A stretch of DNA of 64,000 bases from a bacterium UBP11_UBA4055 (GTDB lineage: Bacteria; UBA4055), in NCBI GenBank assembly GCA_002382735.1, contig DFZN01000071.1, forward strand, positions 55,542-119,541. The letters are read 5' to 3'. Shown here piece by piece: positions 36,854-46,419 of the stretch (its first letter is position 1; every line of letters begins with the position of its first letter). The position numbers and the translations under genes are program-made. Below the pieces are notes generated by a model, which saw only the letters and a program-made list of their open reading frames with translations, did no database searches and was not told where the DNA came from.

Positions 36854-38641
36854 TTAATCCCTGATTAGTTCGTAACTGAGAGTGAACCTGATCACGGTAC
36901 CTTTACTCTTACCTTCAGAGTCTGCCCAAATTCTTCCGTTGTGGAGTTCAATGACTTTTCTGCAGAAAGCAAGTCCGGCACCCGATCTGAGGCTGTTATC
37001 TTTATCCGATTTAAAACCGGGAAAAAATATCCGCTCCAGATCTTCATTAGCTATGCCCTTGCCGTCATCTGCAACGAAAAAAGAGTTATCTTCATAGCCA
37101 ATGGAAATTTGTCTGCCGCCGTAAATGACTGCGTTAGATACCAGTTGATTAAAGAGTAGTTTAATATTTTCTTTATCCGCAAATATGTCCGGGATCTTAT
37201 CTCTGTTCACTAATTCGATCACCGCATTATATTTTTCGATCAAAATTTTATTGTCGGAAATGACCTGATCGATTATTTTTGAGGTATTAACCATCTCGAA
37301 GGGATTCTTCACGGCGTTCAATTTTGATATATCGTAAAAATTCCTGAAAAGTTCGTTCATTCTCTTGATATTTGAGATTATTTTTTCAAGGTAGATACTG
37401 CTTTCATTCCCTGCTTCAGACAATGATGAAGTCTTCAACAGCAGTTTGGAAAATCCTTCCACTGCTATGATAGGAGACTGGAGGTCATGAGTAGTCATGT
37501 ATATCAGTTTCTTCATGTCCTCGGTTGTTCTCTTTACTTCATTCTCGATCTTCTTTTTTTCGGTTATATCCTGCAGTATTCCTGATATCTTTCGAAGGTT
37601 GCCATTACCGTGAATGTTTTTTGCCTTAATTCTGAAATATCTGGTCTTGTCATTAAATTCTGAACTCCTGTCCATGTATGTAATCTCATTGTCGATTTCA
37701 TCCTTTTGAGAATGCATACTCTTAAGCTCAATATAGAACTGCTCGAATTTTAGATTTTCACGAATATCTTCGAGTTTAGATTTTTTTTCGTAAGGAATGT
37801 TGAGTATCCTGAAGAATTCTTTTGAAGCCGTAATCTCATCGGTTTCGGGTAAATAAGTCCAGCTTCCCATGCTGGCGATCTCCTGAGCCTGAGAGAGAAG
37901 TTCTTTGCTTTCCTTTAACGCAGCGTCCTTCTTGATAAGGTCCGTAATGTCAACCATAGAAGTGAGTTCCTCGGTACCTGCCATCAGGATTACTGTCACG
38001 ATCACATGCCTAAGATCGCCGTTTTTCCTTCTGAATTTCATGGTATATTCTCTCGGTGCTTTCTCAGGGTCGTATTTTCTCAGCCGGTCAAATTCGAAAA
38101 CTCTTTTGATATCGTCTTCATAAACTACTTTTCCCCAGTGCATCTTTCCGATTATCTCCTCCCGGTCATATCCTGAAAGCTCTACAAATTTCCTGTTACA
38201 GTCGCTGATGAGTTCATTATCTCCTACTATCAGTATCGCAGTTCCGTTGTTTTCAAAAAGAGATCTGTATTTAGCTTCTTTTTCCATTATCTCCCTGGAA
38301 TTTTTGGTTACATCCTCCAGATAATTCAGTTTTTTAAAATCCGAGATCCATTTACGCATAAGAAAATGGATCGTGACAGCCATTGCCAGGACTGAGAATA
38401 TTATTATTCCGGACATGAGGTAATAATGACCGATAGTATCTTTGTAGGCGTTAAAAAGAGCTTCATATTCCTCTACATATTTCTCGGCCAGATTATATTT
38501 TGTAACGATAGCGTCATTTAGGAAAATATCTTTATTACGCCATGTAAAATAACCCACAACGGCTATTATCTCAGCGGTAAATATACCGAGATACAGGAAG
38601 TAGTTTTTGAACAGAGAATTAAATTTGTCTTTTTTCGGCAT
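36854..38641 (-). CDS. membrane-anchored PAS/PAS sensor histidine kinase
   Basis: It has two N-terminal TM helices and PAS domains. HisKA is MTTHDLQSPI. HATPase_c motifs are SNAVIYG, DDGKGIA and GAGLAFCRKV. Confidence 0.85.
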   Translation of the reverse strand: MPKKDKFNSLFKNYFLYLGIFTAEIIAVVGYFTWRNKDIFLNDAIVTKYNLAEKYVEEYEALFNAYKDTIGHYYLMSGIIIFSVLAMAVTIHFLMRKWISDFKKLNYLEDVTKNSREIMEKEAKYRSLFENNGTAILIVGDNELISDCNRKFVELSGYDREEIIGKMHWGKVVYEDDIKRVFEFDRLRKYDPEKAPREYTMKFRRKNGDLRHVIVTVILMAGTEELTSMVDITDLIKKDAALKESKELLSQAQEIASMGSWTYLPETDEITASKEFFRILNIPYEKKSKLEDIRENLKFEQFYIELKSMHSQKDEIDNEITYMDRSSEFNDKTRYFRIKAKNIHGNGNLRKISGILQDITEKKKIENEVKRTTEDMKKLIYMTTHDLQSPIIAVEGFSKLLLKTSSLSEAGNESSIYLEKIISNIKRMNELFRNFYDISKLNAVKNPFEMVNTSKIIDQVISDNKILIEKYNAVIELVNRDKIPDIFADKENIKLLFNQLVSNAVIYGGRQISIGYEDNSFFVADDGKGIANEDLERIFFPGFKSDKDNSLRSGAGLAFCRKVIELHNGRIWADSEGKSKGTVIRFTLSYELIRD

Positions 38642-38645
38642 TTAG

Positions 38646-39827
38646 TTAAACTCCCTGCGCGTTACCGTCAACCGGAATAGAAACCGAGAATGTCGATCCG
38701 CCGCCGAATTTACTTTCTACGGATATATCGCCTTTGTGCGCTTCGATTATCTTTTTAGCGATCGGAAGGCTGATACCCTGCCTGTTCTCCTCTTCACCTG
38801 TATTGAACTTAAAAATATCCTTAAGATCTTCTTCAATTATACCGATCCCGTGGTCTTTGATCAGGAATTTTATGATTCCGTTTTCGTACTTCATGCCGAT
38901 TTCAATACTTGTTGAGTTTTCAGAATATTTAATTGCGTTCTCGATCATTCTTGACAGCGCGATCAAGATCTTGTTTGTGTCCATCATTACTTCAACAGGA
39001 AGTATGTTGTCATGATAAGCTTCTATCCTGATCTGTTTTTTTTCAGCGGAAGCTGTATTACGAGAAATCAATTCATTAAAGAACTCAAGCGTTCTTACTT
39101 TTGAATATTTCAGCTTCAGATTTCCGGAAGTGATGTCTGCCACATTCATTATCTTTGCGTATATCTTGGCAAGCTCTTCTGCTTTTCCGAAAATTTTTTC
39201 GGTTACCGCAAGCTTTTCGCTGTCAGTTCCCGGATCAAACATTTCTGAGAGTTCAGTTGTCAGATCGGCAATTTTCTGGGTAGAATTCCTGAAATCGTTC
39301 ATCGCGATCTCTATGAACTGGTTTTTGATATCATTGAGTTCCTCAAGTTCAGCTTTCTGATCTTTTATAACTTCATACAGCCTGTTCAGTTCGTTGTTCG
39401 CTGAAGTTAATTCTTCGGTTGAGCTCTTGAGTTCGTCATGCATCATTTTAAAATTTAGGACATTTTCTATCCTTAGTACGAATTCTTCGGGGATTACAGG
39501 CTTGTTGACGAACTCTATTATTCCGCATTCGAGCGCTTCTTTCCTCATATCGTCGTCCACATATCCTGTCAGCATAATAGTCGGGATGTCTTTCGTAATA
39601 CCCTTACTCTTCATCTCCTTTAACATTTCACTGCCGCTCATACCGGGCATCTTACCGTCAGTTACGATCAGGTCGAATTCCATGATTGATGCTTTTTGGA
39701 TACCTTCTTTCCCACTCGATGCGAAAACAAGTTCCCAGTCGCTTCTTCTCGCCTGGAAGATCCTCCTTATCCCGTTCAGCACAGGCACTTCGTCGTCAAC
39801 GAAAAGTATCCTGAAATTTTTTTCCAT
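38646..39827 (-). CDS. hybrid receiver + coiled-coil + histidine-kinase-like transmitter
   Basis: REC is ILFVDDEVPV…LIVTDGKMPGMSG…TIMLTG…K. The C-terminus has HATPase_c motifs (IENAIKYS, DHGIGI, GISLPIAKKI). Confidence 0.8.
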   Translation of the reverse strand: MEKNFRILFVDDEVPVLNGIRRIFQARRSDWELVFASSGKEGIQKASIMEFDLIVTDGKMPGMSGSEMLKEMKSKGITKDIPTIMLTGYVDDDMRKEALECGIIEFVNKPVIPEEFVLRIENVLNFKMMHDELKSSTEELTSANNELNRLYEVIKDQKAELEELNDIKNQFIEIAMNDFRNSTQKIADLTTELSEMFDPGTDSEKLAVTEKIFGKAEELAKIYAKIMNVADITSGNLKLKYSKVRTLEFFNELISRNTASAEKKQIRIEAYHDNILPVEVMMDTNKILIALSRMIENAIKYSENSTSIEIGMKYENGIIKFLIKDHGIGIIEEDLKDIFKFNTGEEENRQGISLPIAKKIIEAHKGDISVESKFGGGSTFSVSIPVDGNAQGV

Positions 39828-39845
39828 AAATTTCTCCGCTATTAA

Positions 39846-41411
39846 TTATTCATTATTTTCAATCGGCAGTTTGATCGTAAAAACTGTTCCCTTGCCATGT
39901 TCTGAATCGACTTTTATACCGCCATTATGCTTATTTACGATTATGTCGTAACTCAAAGCCAGCCCCTGACCCGTGCCTTTCCCGATCTGTTTGGTCGTAA
40001 AAAAAGGCTGGAATATTTTTTCTTTAAGTTCGGCAGGTATCCCGGCCCCGTTATCCTCTATTGTTATGTAAATAAATGCTTCATCGAAAGATGTCGATAT
40101 TTTTATCAGGCCTTTTTCTTCGCCTTTTCTTTCCGATATAGCGTCGCACGAATTCGTTATCATATTAAGAATAACCTGGTTTATGTCTCCGATATGGCAG
40201 GTGATCTCGGGAAGATTTTCGGCGGGGCAGGTCTCAACATCAGCAATATACTTCCAGACATTTTTAGTTATGGTCACAGTCGAAGTTATTGCGTCATTTA
40301 TGTCAGCTTTCTGCATTGTTTTAAGCCCAGGATGCGAGAATGTTTTCATGGCGGTCACGATCTTTCTCACTATCCGGATGCCGTTCATGCTTTCCTCTAG
40401 TGCTTCAGGTATCTCGTTCATCAGATATTCCAGGTCAGTGCCGACAGCTATCTTATTTTCTGAGCCGCTTTCAGCTGATTTTTTGATATTGGAATAGAAA
40501 TCAGATATTTTTTTGAACGAATCTTTGATGAACAGGGTGTTGTCGCTAATATACTGAAGAGGTGTATTTATCTCGTGCGCTATACCTGCGGCCAGAGTTC
40601 CGATCCCTTCCATTTTTTGAGCGTGTCTCAATTGATTTTCAATTCTTATCATATCTGAAATATCCCTTTTAAGCGCGACGAAATTAATTATGTTCCCGCT
40701 TTCGTCAAATACTGGGGACACGGATGCATCCTCTTCATAAACATCCCCGTTCTTCTTTTTATTGATAAAATGACCCTTCCATGGTTTTCCTGCAAGAATC
40801 GTTTTCCAGAGATCATCGTAAAAAGCCCTGTCATGCTGACCGCTCTTTAAAACTGATACCGGCATTCCCAAAACCTCTCCGGCCGAATATCCCGTTGTTC
40901 TTTCGAAAGCAGGATTAACAAATTCGATTATACCTTTGATATCCGTTATTACAATTGTTTCTGAGGAATGATAAATGGCAGTACTGAGCTTGTTCTGTCG
41001 TTCTGCTATGGCATTTCTGTCTTTTCTCAGGTTGCTTAATTCAAGGAACCTATCGGTTTTTTCCGGAAGAGATTCGAACATATCTGCGGATTTATTTACA
41101 TAATCGAGAACACCGGATTTTATAAGAGTTACTACGGTTTCCTGATCAACAAAGCTCTCAAGGACTATGACAGGTACATTTTTGTATATGTAGGGATCCT
41201 TTAACAGATCTAAAGGACTTCCGTCGTCAAGGTAGAGATTGCTAATGATAATATCGGAACTCTCGGCATATTTCCGTGCAATTTCGATGTCAGGTACGAT
41301 CGTCAGCCTGTAACGGTTACCGTATCTGAGAAATACGCTGTTTATGAGTATTCCGTGATCCTCATTTTTTTCTATAAGCAGTACTTTTACCGGCATGTCA
41401 GCTCTGTCCAA
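39846..41411 (-). CDS. PAS sensor histidine kinase with an N-terminal pseudo-receiver (phospho-acceptor Asp replaced by Asn)
   Basis: The receiver-like region is VLLIEKNED…[16 protein letters not shown]…VPVIVLES…K, with Asn where the Asp normally sits. HisKA is [12 protein letters not shown]. HATPase is ITNSCDAI…[12 protein letters not shown]. Confidence 0.8.
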   Translation of the reverse strand: MDRADMPVKVLLIEKNEDHGILINSVFLRYGNRYRLTIVPDIEIARKYAESSDIIISNLYLDDGSPLDLLKDPYIYKNVPVIVLESFVDQETVVTLIKSGVLDYVNKSADMFESLPEKTDRFLELSNLRKDRNAIAERQNKLSTAIYHSSETIVITDIKGIIEFVNPAFERTTGYSAGEVLGMPVSVLKSGQHDRAFYDDLWKTILAGKPWKGHFINKKKNGDVYEEDASVSPVFDESGNIINFVALKRDISDMIRIENQLRHAQKMEGIGTLAAGIAHEINTPLQYISDNTLFIKDSFKKISDFYSNIKKSAESGSENKIAVGTDLEYLMNEIPEALEESMNGIRIVRKIVTAMKTFSHPGLKTMQKADINDAITSTVTITKNVWKYIADVETCPAENLPEITCHIGDINQVILNMITNSCDAISERKGEEKGLIKISTSFDEAFIYITIEDNGAGIPAELKEKIFQPFFTTKQIGKGTGQGLALSYDIIVNKHNGGIKVDSEHGKGTVFTIKLPIENNE

Positions 41412-41487
41412 TTTTGATCATCTTGTTATAGTTAAATTTATATATAAGAAATACTCCCCATTAAATCAATCATTAAATCGTTAATTT

Positions 41488-42663
41488 TTATTCTTCTCGC
41501 ATGAAAGGAATACCGTCCTTGAGAAGATCGAAGAACTGGCCGGTGGGGCAGAGGTAAACGCACCACGGATTTTTAATGAAAACCGAAGCAATAAATATTA
41601 TTATGCTGCCTGTAACGGTTATTATTGATGCGGTTGAGAATATGAATATCGAAAAAGGCTCAATGATCGTCAGGTCAATTCTGATCGAAGCGGAAACGGC
41701 TATAAGCAGGGATATGAAAATTAGAAGTCTGAGCCGCCTGAAGAAAATTATGATCTTAGCACTTGGAATGACCTTTTTAACCTGTATTTTTGCAAGTATG
41801 GTCTGAACTCCGCCGAAGGGGCAGATATAATAACAGTAATAATGTCTATTGAAGAAAAGCGGAACAAGAACCGAAAGAATCAGGAGAACGATCGTCGTTA
41901 ATGAAGTTAAAAAGCTTATGCCGTTCAACGAAAGACTTTCAAGAAAATAGATCGAAATAAATTTGCCTGATATGACACCAAAAAATATAATAGATAGAAG
42001 CTGTATGAAAATTCTGAACTTATTTATTTTCTTTATGAATATTCCCAGTAATGATATAAATAGAATAAAATATAAAACTGCTTCGTATGGAGATTTCAAT
42101 AGCGATATTTCTGTTTTTGGGGTCGATTTTGCATACGCTGTTTTCCCGGTAAATATACCCACTCTTTTACTGATAATTTTTCCGACTGCTTCGCTTGTAT
42201 ATGTTGCTCCTGACACGGCATCTATTTCCATTTCTTCAAGTTCCTCAAGAGTTTTGCCTTTCCATGAATTGAAATATCCGATGTTTTCAAGCCCGGAAAT
42301 CCAGGCCGGCGTTTCTCTGTGATTTACGACCAAGATCCCGGTGATCTTTTCATTTTCATCCGCAAGGACCGCAAGGCTTAAATTCCCTCCGTACCCTATA
42401 ATATCGTCGCTGAAAGGTGATGTAAGAATGAATTTGCCTGCGACATTTCCCTTCCCGTCATAAATTTTTGACCACGAGTTAAGATAATTCTTCTCTTCGA
42501 CAGATGCGGCTTCAGGTATGATCCTTTTGAATTTCTCTGCAAGATCATATCTGCCAAAATCAAAATCCTCTTTTATTTCGCCTTTGGAAAGTATGAAAAC
42601 CAAAACGAACACTGCAATTACTGGGAGCTTTAAAAGATATCTGATCCGGGTACTTTTCGTCAT
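41488..42663 (-). CDS. polytopic membrane redox protein with an FMN-binding domain and two CxxC(P) 4Fe-4S-type motifs (NosR/NapH-like)
   Basis: The FMN_bind signature is AVSGATYTSEAV. The iron-sulfur motifs are YYCYYICPFGG and WCVYLCPTGQ. It has an N-terminal TM and about 6 further TM helices. Confidence 0.7.
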   Translation of the reverse strand: MTKSTRIRYLLKLPVIAVFVLVFILSKGEIKEDFDFGRYDLAEKFKRIIPEAASVEEKNYLNSWSKIYDGKGNVAGKFILTSPFSDDIIGYGGNLSLAVLADENEKITGILVVNHRETPAWISGLENIGYFNSWKGKTLEELEEMEIDAVSGATYTSEAVGKIISKRVGIFTGKTAYAKSTPKTEISLLKSPYEAVLYFILFISLLGIFIKKINKFRIFIQLLSIIFFGVISGKFISIYFLESLSLNGISFLTSLTTIVLLILSVLVPLFFNRHYYCYYICPFGGVQTILAKIQVKKVIPSAKIIIFFRRLRLLIFISLLIAVSASIRIDLTIIEPFSIFIFSTASIITVTGSIIIFIASVFIKNPWCVYLCPTGQFFDLLKDGIPFMREE

Positions 42664-42781
42664 ATATTCACCTTAAAAAAAATCCTCTTATCATTTTTTC
42701 ATTGCTTGCACCAAGCTTTAAGAAATATACACACGAATTCAAATTACTTCCAACCATATCTTCTAATAATCCTATATAAAG

Positions 42782-42834
42782 AAAGGAACGCCGTTTTTTT
42801 GATTTAGAGGCGGGGAGTGTAAAAAACGGCGTTC
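42782..42834. promoter_or_regulatory. perfect 15-bp inverted repeat (GGAACGCCGTTTTTT…AAAAAACGGCGTTCC) with a 23-bp spacer, immediately upstream of the FMN/Fe-S membrane protein gene
   Basis: Seen in sequence. It could be an operator for a dimeric regulator or a bidirectional terminator-like hairpin. Confidence 0.4.
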
Positions 42835-42850
42835 CCGTGGAGAGATCTGT

Positions 42851-43111
42851 TTATTCGTTACTTATCCTGTAATATTCTGGTATGTCTGGTTTTCTTTGTT
42901 GTCCGCATCTGACCATAATGATGTTTTTAAGATAGATCGCATAAGGCTGTCTGGCTGAAAGGTCGTAGCATATAAGGAAGCCCCCGTCAAGTTTTATCGG
43001 AAATACTTCCAGTATGAGATGTTCTCTTATTATTTCAGAAAAATAATGATCGCAAATAAGCGTGTTCCCCGAACTTATCGCTTCATATATCGCAGATCTC
43101 AATTTCCGCAT
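42851..43111 (-). CDS. hypothetical small protein
   Basis: An 86-aa ORF that overlaps the upstream ORF by 29 nt. It could be the 3' part of a frameshifted single gene. Confidence 0.35.
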   Translation of the reverse strand: MRKLRSAIYEAISSGNTLICDHYFSEIIREHLILEVFPIKLDGGFLICYDLSARQPYAIYLKNIIMVRCGQQRKPDIPEYYRISNE

Positions 43112-43418
43112 TTATACATTTCCTTGTTGTTGTTTTCGCACTTAGCGTTATTTCATTATTGAACCACCTGACCGTCATGGTATTGACAAAATCTCCAATG
43201 TCTGAAGGTACAGTAAAAGACACTACCTCACCTTCGGTGATCTCTCCGGGATCCTTTAGTAAGCTGATTCTGTCACCAACAGAAATCAGGGCGCATTTTT
43301 TCCCGTAGAGATAAAACCTTTTTAATATGTACCGGCTGTTTTTCCTGAAAATATCCGGGTTTTCTTTCGGGTCAAAAAAGACAGCCACGGCTCCGCAGCT
43401 GTCGTTAATGATGCTCAT
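43083..43418 (-). CDS. hypothetical protein (RxxxR…D/G-rich; weak PilZ-like resemblance)
   Basis: A 111-aa ORF with an FRKNSRY motif. The assignment is weak. Confidence 0.4.
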   Translation of the reverse strand: MSIINDSCGAVAVFFDPKENPDIFRKNSRYILKRFYLYGKKCALISVGDRISLLKDPGEITEGEVVSFTVPSDIGDFVNTMTVRWFNNEITLSAKTTTRKCINAEIEICDI

Positions 43419-43444
43419 GTCGGCACCTCTTGTTTATTAGTTTT

Positions 43445-43606
43445 TTATTTTTTGATTGGGGGCGGCGGAGGTATAGGGTCCACACCGTCACCTGTATAAA
43501 CCCATCCCGTTCCGATCCAAGTCCAGTCCGGATATATTTCATCAGCGTAAAGACCGGCAGTCAATGCCGTGAGAGCTAAGATCGCCGCGATAATAAGTTT
43601 CTTCAT
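43445..43606 (-). CDS. small secreted peptide precursor (53 aa; mature part about 32 aa, Trp/Gly-rich with a PPPPP tract)
   Basis: Hand translation gives MKKLIIAAILALTALTAGLYADEIYPDWTWIGTGWVYTGDGVDPIPPPPPIKK. An AAGGAGG RBS lies 8 nt upstream. It sits directly downstream of the TPR protein gene on the same strand and is absent from the track because it is under 60 aa. Confidence 0.5.
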   Translation of the reverse strand: MKKLIIAAILALTALTAGLYADEIYPDWTWIGTGWVYTGDGVDPIPPPPPIKK

Positions 43607-43781
43607 TCTTTGCCTCCTTTTTGTTGTTCGAAGGCAAGATACCTCTGTAAAACTCTCGTGTCAATCATACAGCATTTTTAGGGCGGAAAAAATGCCGTTG
43701 TGGCCCTTCAACTTTTTATTGTCATATTGTGTAAAGTATTGATATATTATAAAATGCGGAATAAAAAAAATGGTTCGAAAT

Positions 43782-45632
43782 TCAGTTCGACAAACCCTTC
43801 ATTATACCTTTTATATCAACAATGTCGTTTTCCGCTTCGGGTGATCCAATAGCTTTAAGATGCCTGAGCGCTTCTTTAAAATGTTTGGCGGCTTTGGAAA
43901 CATTGTTCATTTTCGCACAGTTTATGCCCGCAAGTTTATGGCAGTGAGCTTTAAGAACGGTGTCCGGTATGTTCTCCGACTCAATTATTTGAAAGCATTT
44001 GTTAAGGTGTGAGTTGGATTTTCTGTACCTTGAGGTTTCGCTGTATATGACCGCGAGAGTATTTTCAATGTAGGCCGGGTAGAGTCTGATTGAGTTCAGG
44101 GCGCATATCTCGGTAAGCCTGTTCAGAAATCTTACCGCGCCAATGTACTTTTTCTTTTCTGTCATGATCTTGGCGAGATAGATCATGTTAACGATATGCT
44201 CCTCAAGACTCTCACTCTTTTCATTAAAAATGACCGCCGATCTTCTGAAATATTTTTCAGCCTTGTCTTTCTCTCCCTTTTTGTAAAGATATATCGCGAA
44301 ACTGATAAGCGAATTGTAGTAATACGAGTCCTTGCCGGTCTTTTTTGAAAGCTGTTTTATGCGTCTAAGGTATTCATCCGCCGCTGAATGTTCGATACTG
44401 CCTGAATACGATGAAGTTGAAAATATCTGGGAAATGCATTTTGATTCGCCTATCAGATCTTTATTCTTTCTTGTATATTCAAGCTGCATATCCAGGCATT
44501 CGAGAGCTTTATTATATTTTCTGTCCCTGATATATATTTCAGATTTTACTCCGTAGAAGTAACCAAGCTCTTTATCATTAGTTCTCCTGAAAGCTTCCCT
44601 GATGCATTCATTCACCTTGACGAGTGCGTTTTTCAGGTCGTTCTTAACGATTTTTTTTCTTATCTGAGCATCATAATGTATATATTTTTTTTCCTCATTT
44701 TCGGTTTTATTAAGAAACCACAGGGTGCGGGTAAAACAACGGTCTGCTTCCTGCAGGTTGTTAGAATATGCGGAGATCATTCCCAGATAATAATATAGTT
44801 CTCCCAGTTCATCATTGTAATGAGCATCTGTCATTATTCCTATTCCGTCAAGAACGATATCTCTACACTTTTCATACTGTTCGAGATGAAAAAATATTTT
44901 CGCTTTTTTCATGATGATGCCCGCACTGAATTTTTCAGAGCCATGAAGCTCGGAAGCGGCGTTCTGGAGCCTGTTGTAAAGCATTACGGCTCTCTCGAAA
45001 TCCAGTTCGTCCTCATATCTCTCAACATCTTTCGCGGTTTCGTATAAAGTGCTCAGGAGAATATCGTTATCCTCCTTTGAAAGGCTGTAATCTTTCCAGA
45101 AATCAGTAAAATCCCTCATCTTTTCAATATCTTTTATGAATGAATCGACAAAAACCGGAGGTATGACGGGACTGTCAGACAAAAAGGCGCCTTCATTTTT
45201 CGCATAACCTCCGCTCAAAAGAAGTTCTTTATACAGCTTTTTTAATATTTCCCTGTGGTCTATACCGTTCTTCATCGGCGAATTGTTCCTGCCGGAGAAA
45301 TGAACTGGCTCCATTTTTACTGAGGTGTGATCAAGTTTTCTGCTGTCTGAAATTTTAATACAGGCAGGATCATTATTTTTAGGTCTGAGATTGGAAAGAA
45401 TATAACTCGTGAATATTTCGATGCCTGTCTGGCTCTTATCCAGACTGTAGCCTAAGAATCTGTGATGCGATGAAGTATCCTCAACGATTATCTTATAGAC
45501 AGATATTGTTTTGCCTTCAGTTTCTGTCCTCGAAAACAGTTCAATAAACGCGCTTAAGCCTTTAAGTTCCCTGAAAGTATCCAGTTTATTCATGTTCGCT
45601 TTAAAATGATCGAATCTCTTTGTTCTCATCAA
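43782..45632 (-). CDS. TPR-repeat protein (616 aa)
   Basis: The C-terminal 400 aa show multiple 34-residue helical repeats with W/L-G-Y-A-F-A-P-like positions (…AKHFKEALRHLKAIG…, …YYYLGMISAYSNNLQEAD…). Confidence 0.7.
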   Translation of the reverse strand: MMRTKRFDHFKANMNKLDTFRELKGLSAFIELFSRTETEGKTISVYKIIVEDTSSHHRFLGYSLDKSQTGIEIFTSYILSNLRPKNNDPACIKISDSRKLDHTSVKMEPVHFSGRNNSPMKNGIDHREILKKLYKELLLSGGYAKNEGAFLSDSPVIPPVFVDSFIKDIEKMRDFTDFWKDYSLSKEDNDILLSTLYETAKDVERYEDELDFERAVMLYNRLQNAASELHGSEKFSAGIIMKKAKIFFHLEQYEKCRDIVLDGIGIMTDAHYNDELGELYYYLGMISAYSNNLQEADRCFTRTLWFLNKTENEEKKYIHYDAQIRKKIVKNDLKNALVKVNECIREAFRRTNDKELGYFYGVKSEIYIRDRKYNKALECLDMQLEYTRKNKDLIGESKCISQIFSTSSYSGSIEHSAADEYLRRIKQLSKKTGKDSYYYNSLISFAIYLYKKGEKDKAEKYFRRSAVIFNEKSESLEEHIVNMIYLAKIMTEKKKYIGAVRFLNRLTEICALNSIRLYPAYIENTLAVIYSETSRYRKSNSHLNKCFQIIESENIPDTVLKAHCHKLAGINCAKMNNVSKAAKHFKEALRHLKAIGSPEAENDIVDIKGIMKGLSN

Positions 45633-45695
45633 ACCTGCCTTTGTACGGATTTTAGTGACTCATCTTCATCAAACTTTGCATCTGCTTAATATAAG

Positions 45696-45735
45696 AAAAA
45701 AAAAACAGAAAAACCGCAATCGTTTTTCTGTTTTA
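45696..45735 (-). terminator. rho-independent terminator downstream of phoU (end of the pst-phoU operon)
   Basis: The minus-strand read is AAAACAGAAAAACGATTGCGGTTTTTCTGTTTTTTTTTT: a 10-bp stem, a 7-nt loop and a 10-nt U-tract. Confidence 0.65.
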
Positions 45736-45756
45736 TGTTCCTGTATAAAATATTTA

Positions 45757-46410
45757 TTATCCCTGATGCCTTACGATCGTTCCGTTTATCATATAGACCA
45801 CATCCTCGGCTATATTTGTAGCATGATCGCCAATTCTTTCAAGAGATCTTGATATGGTCAGATATTGTGAGAGGAGCTCAAAATTATCCGGCTGTTTTTC
45901 CAGAGCTTTCTTCACTTTACCAAAAACCGACTCATGAAGCCTGTCAACTTCATCATCAGCTTCAATGACCATTTCTGCTTTCTTCATATCCAAGTCTATC
46001 ATCGAGTCTATGCTGTTCTTTACCATTAAAAGAGCTTTTTCGCACATATCGGTAAAATCGAACGAATCGTCCTTCCTGTTCAGGCTGATGATCTTTATAC
46101 ATCTCTCGGAAATGTTCACTGCGAGATCGCCTATCCTTTCAAGGTCGGAATTGATCTTAAGCATAGAGATTATAAGCCTTAAGTCGATGGCTACAGGCTG
46201 ATAAAGGGCGAGAAGTTTTAAACAGTCCTCCTCTATCTCTATCTCCGTCAGATCTATCTGCCTGTCTTTCTCTATTACTTTCTCAGCGAGTTTGACATCT
46301 CCTTCGTAAACTGATCTGACCGCGTCTCTGACATCTTCTTCGACCACGGCACAGAGTTCGTAAAATTTCTTTTTGAGTTTTGTTAATTCGTTCTGCAGGT
46401 ATTTTGACAT
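45757..46410 (-). CDS. phoU: phosphate-specific transport system accessory protein PhoU
   Basis: A 217-aa protein with the two-repeat PhoU architecture and conserved E/DxxxD metal motifs (…DLAVNISE…, …GDHATNIAEDV…). It lies immediately downstream of pstB. Confidence 0.9.
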   Translation of the reverse strand: MSKYLQNELTKLKKKFYELCAVVEEDVRDAVRSVYEGDVKLAEKVIEKDRQIDLTEIEIEEDCLKLLALYQPVAIDLRLIISMLKINSDLERIGDLAVNISERCIKIISLNRKDDSFDFTDMCEKALLMVKNSIDSMIDLDMKKAEMVIEADDEVDRLHESVFGKVKKALEKQPDNFELLSQYLTISRSLERIGDHATNIAEDVVYMINGTIVRHQG

Positions 46411-46419
46411 AATTTACTC

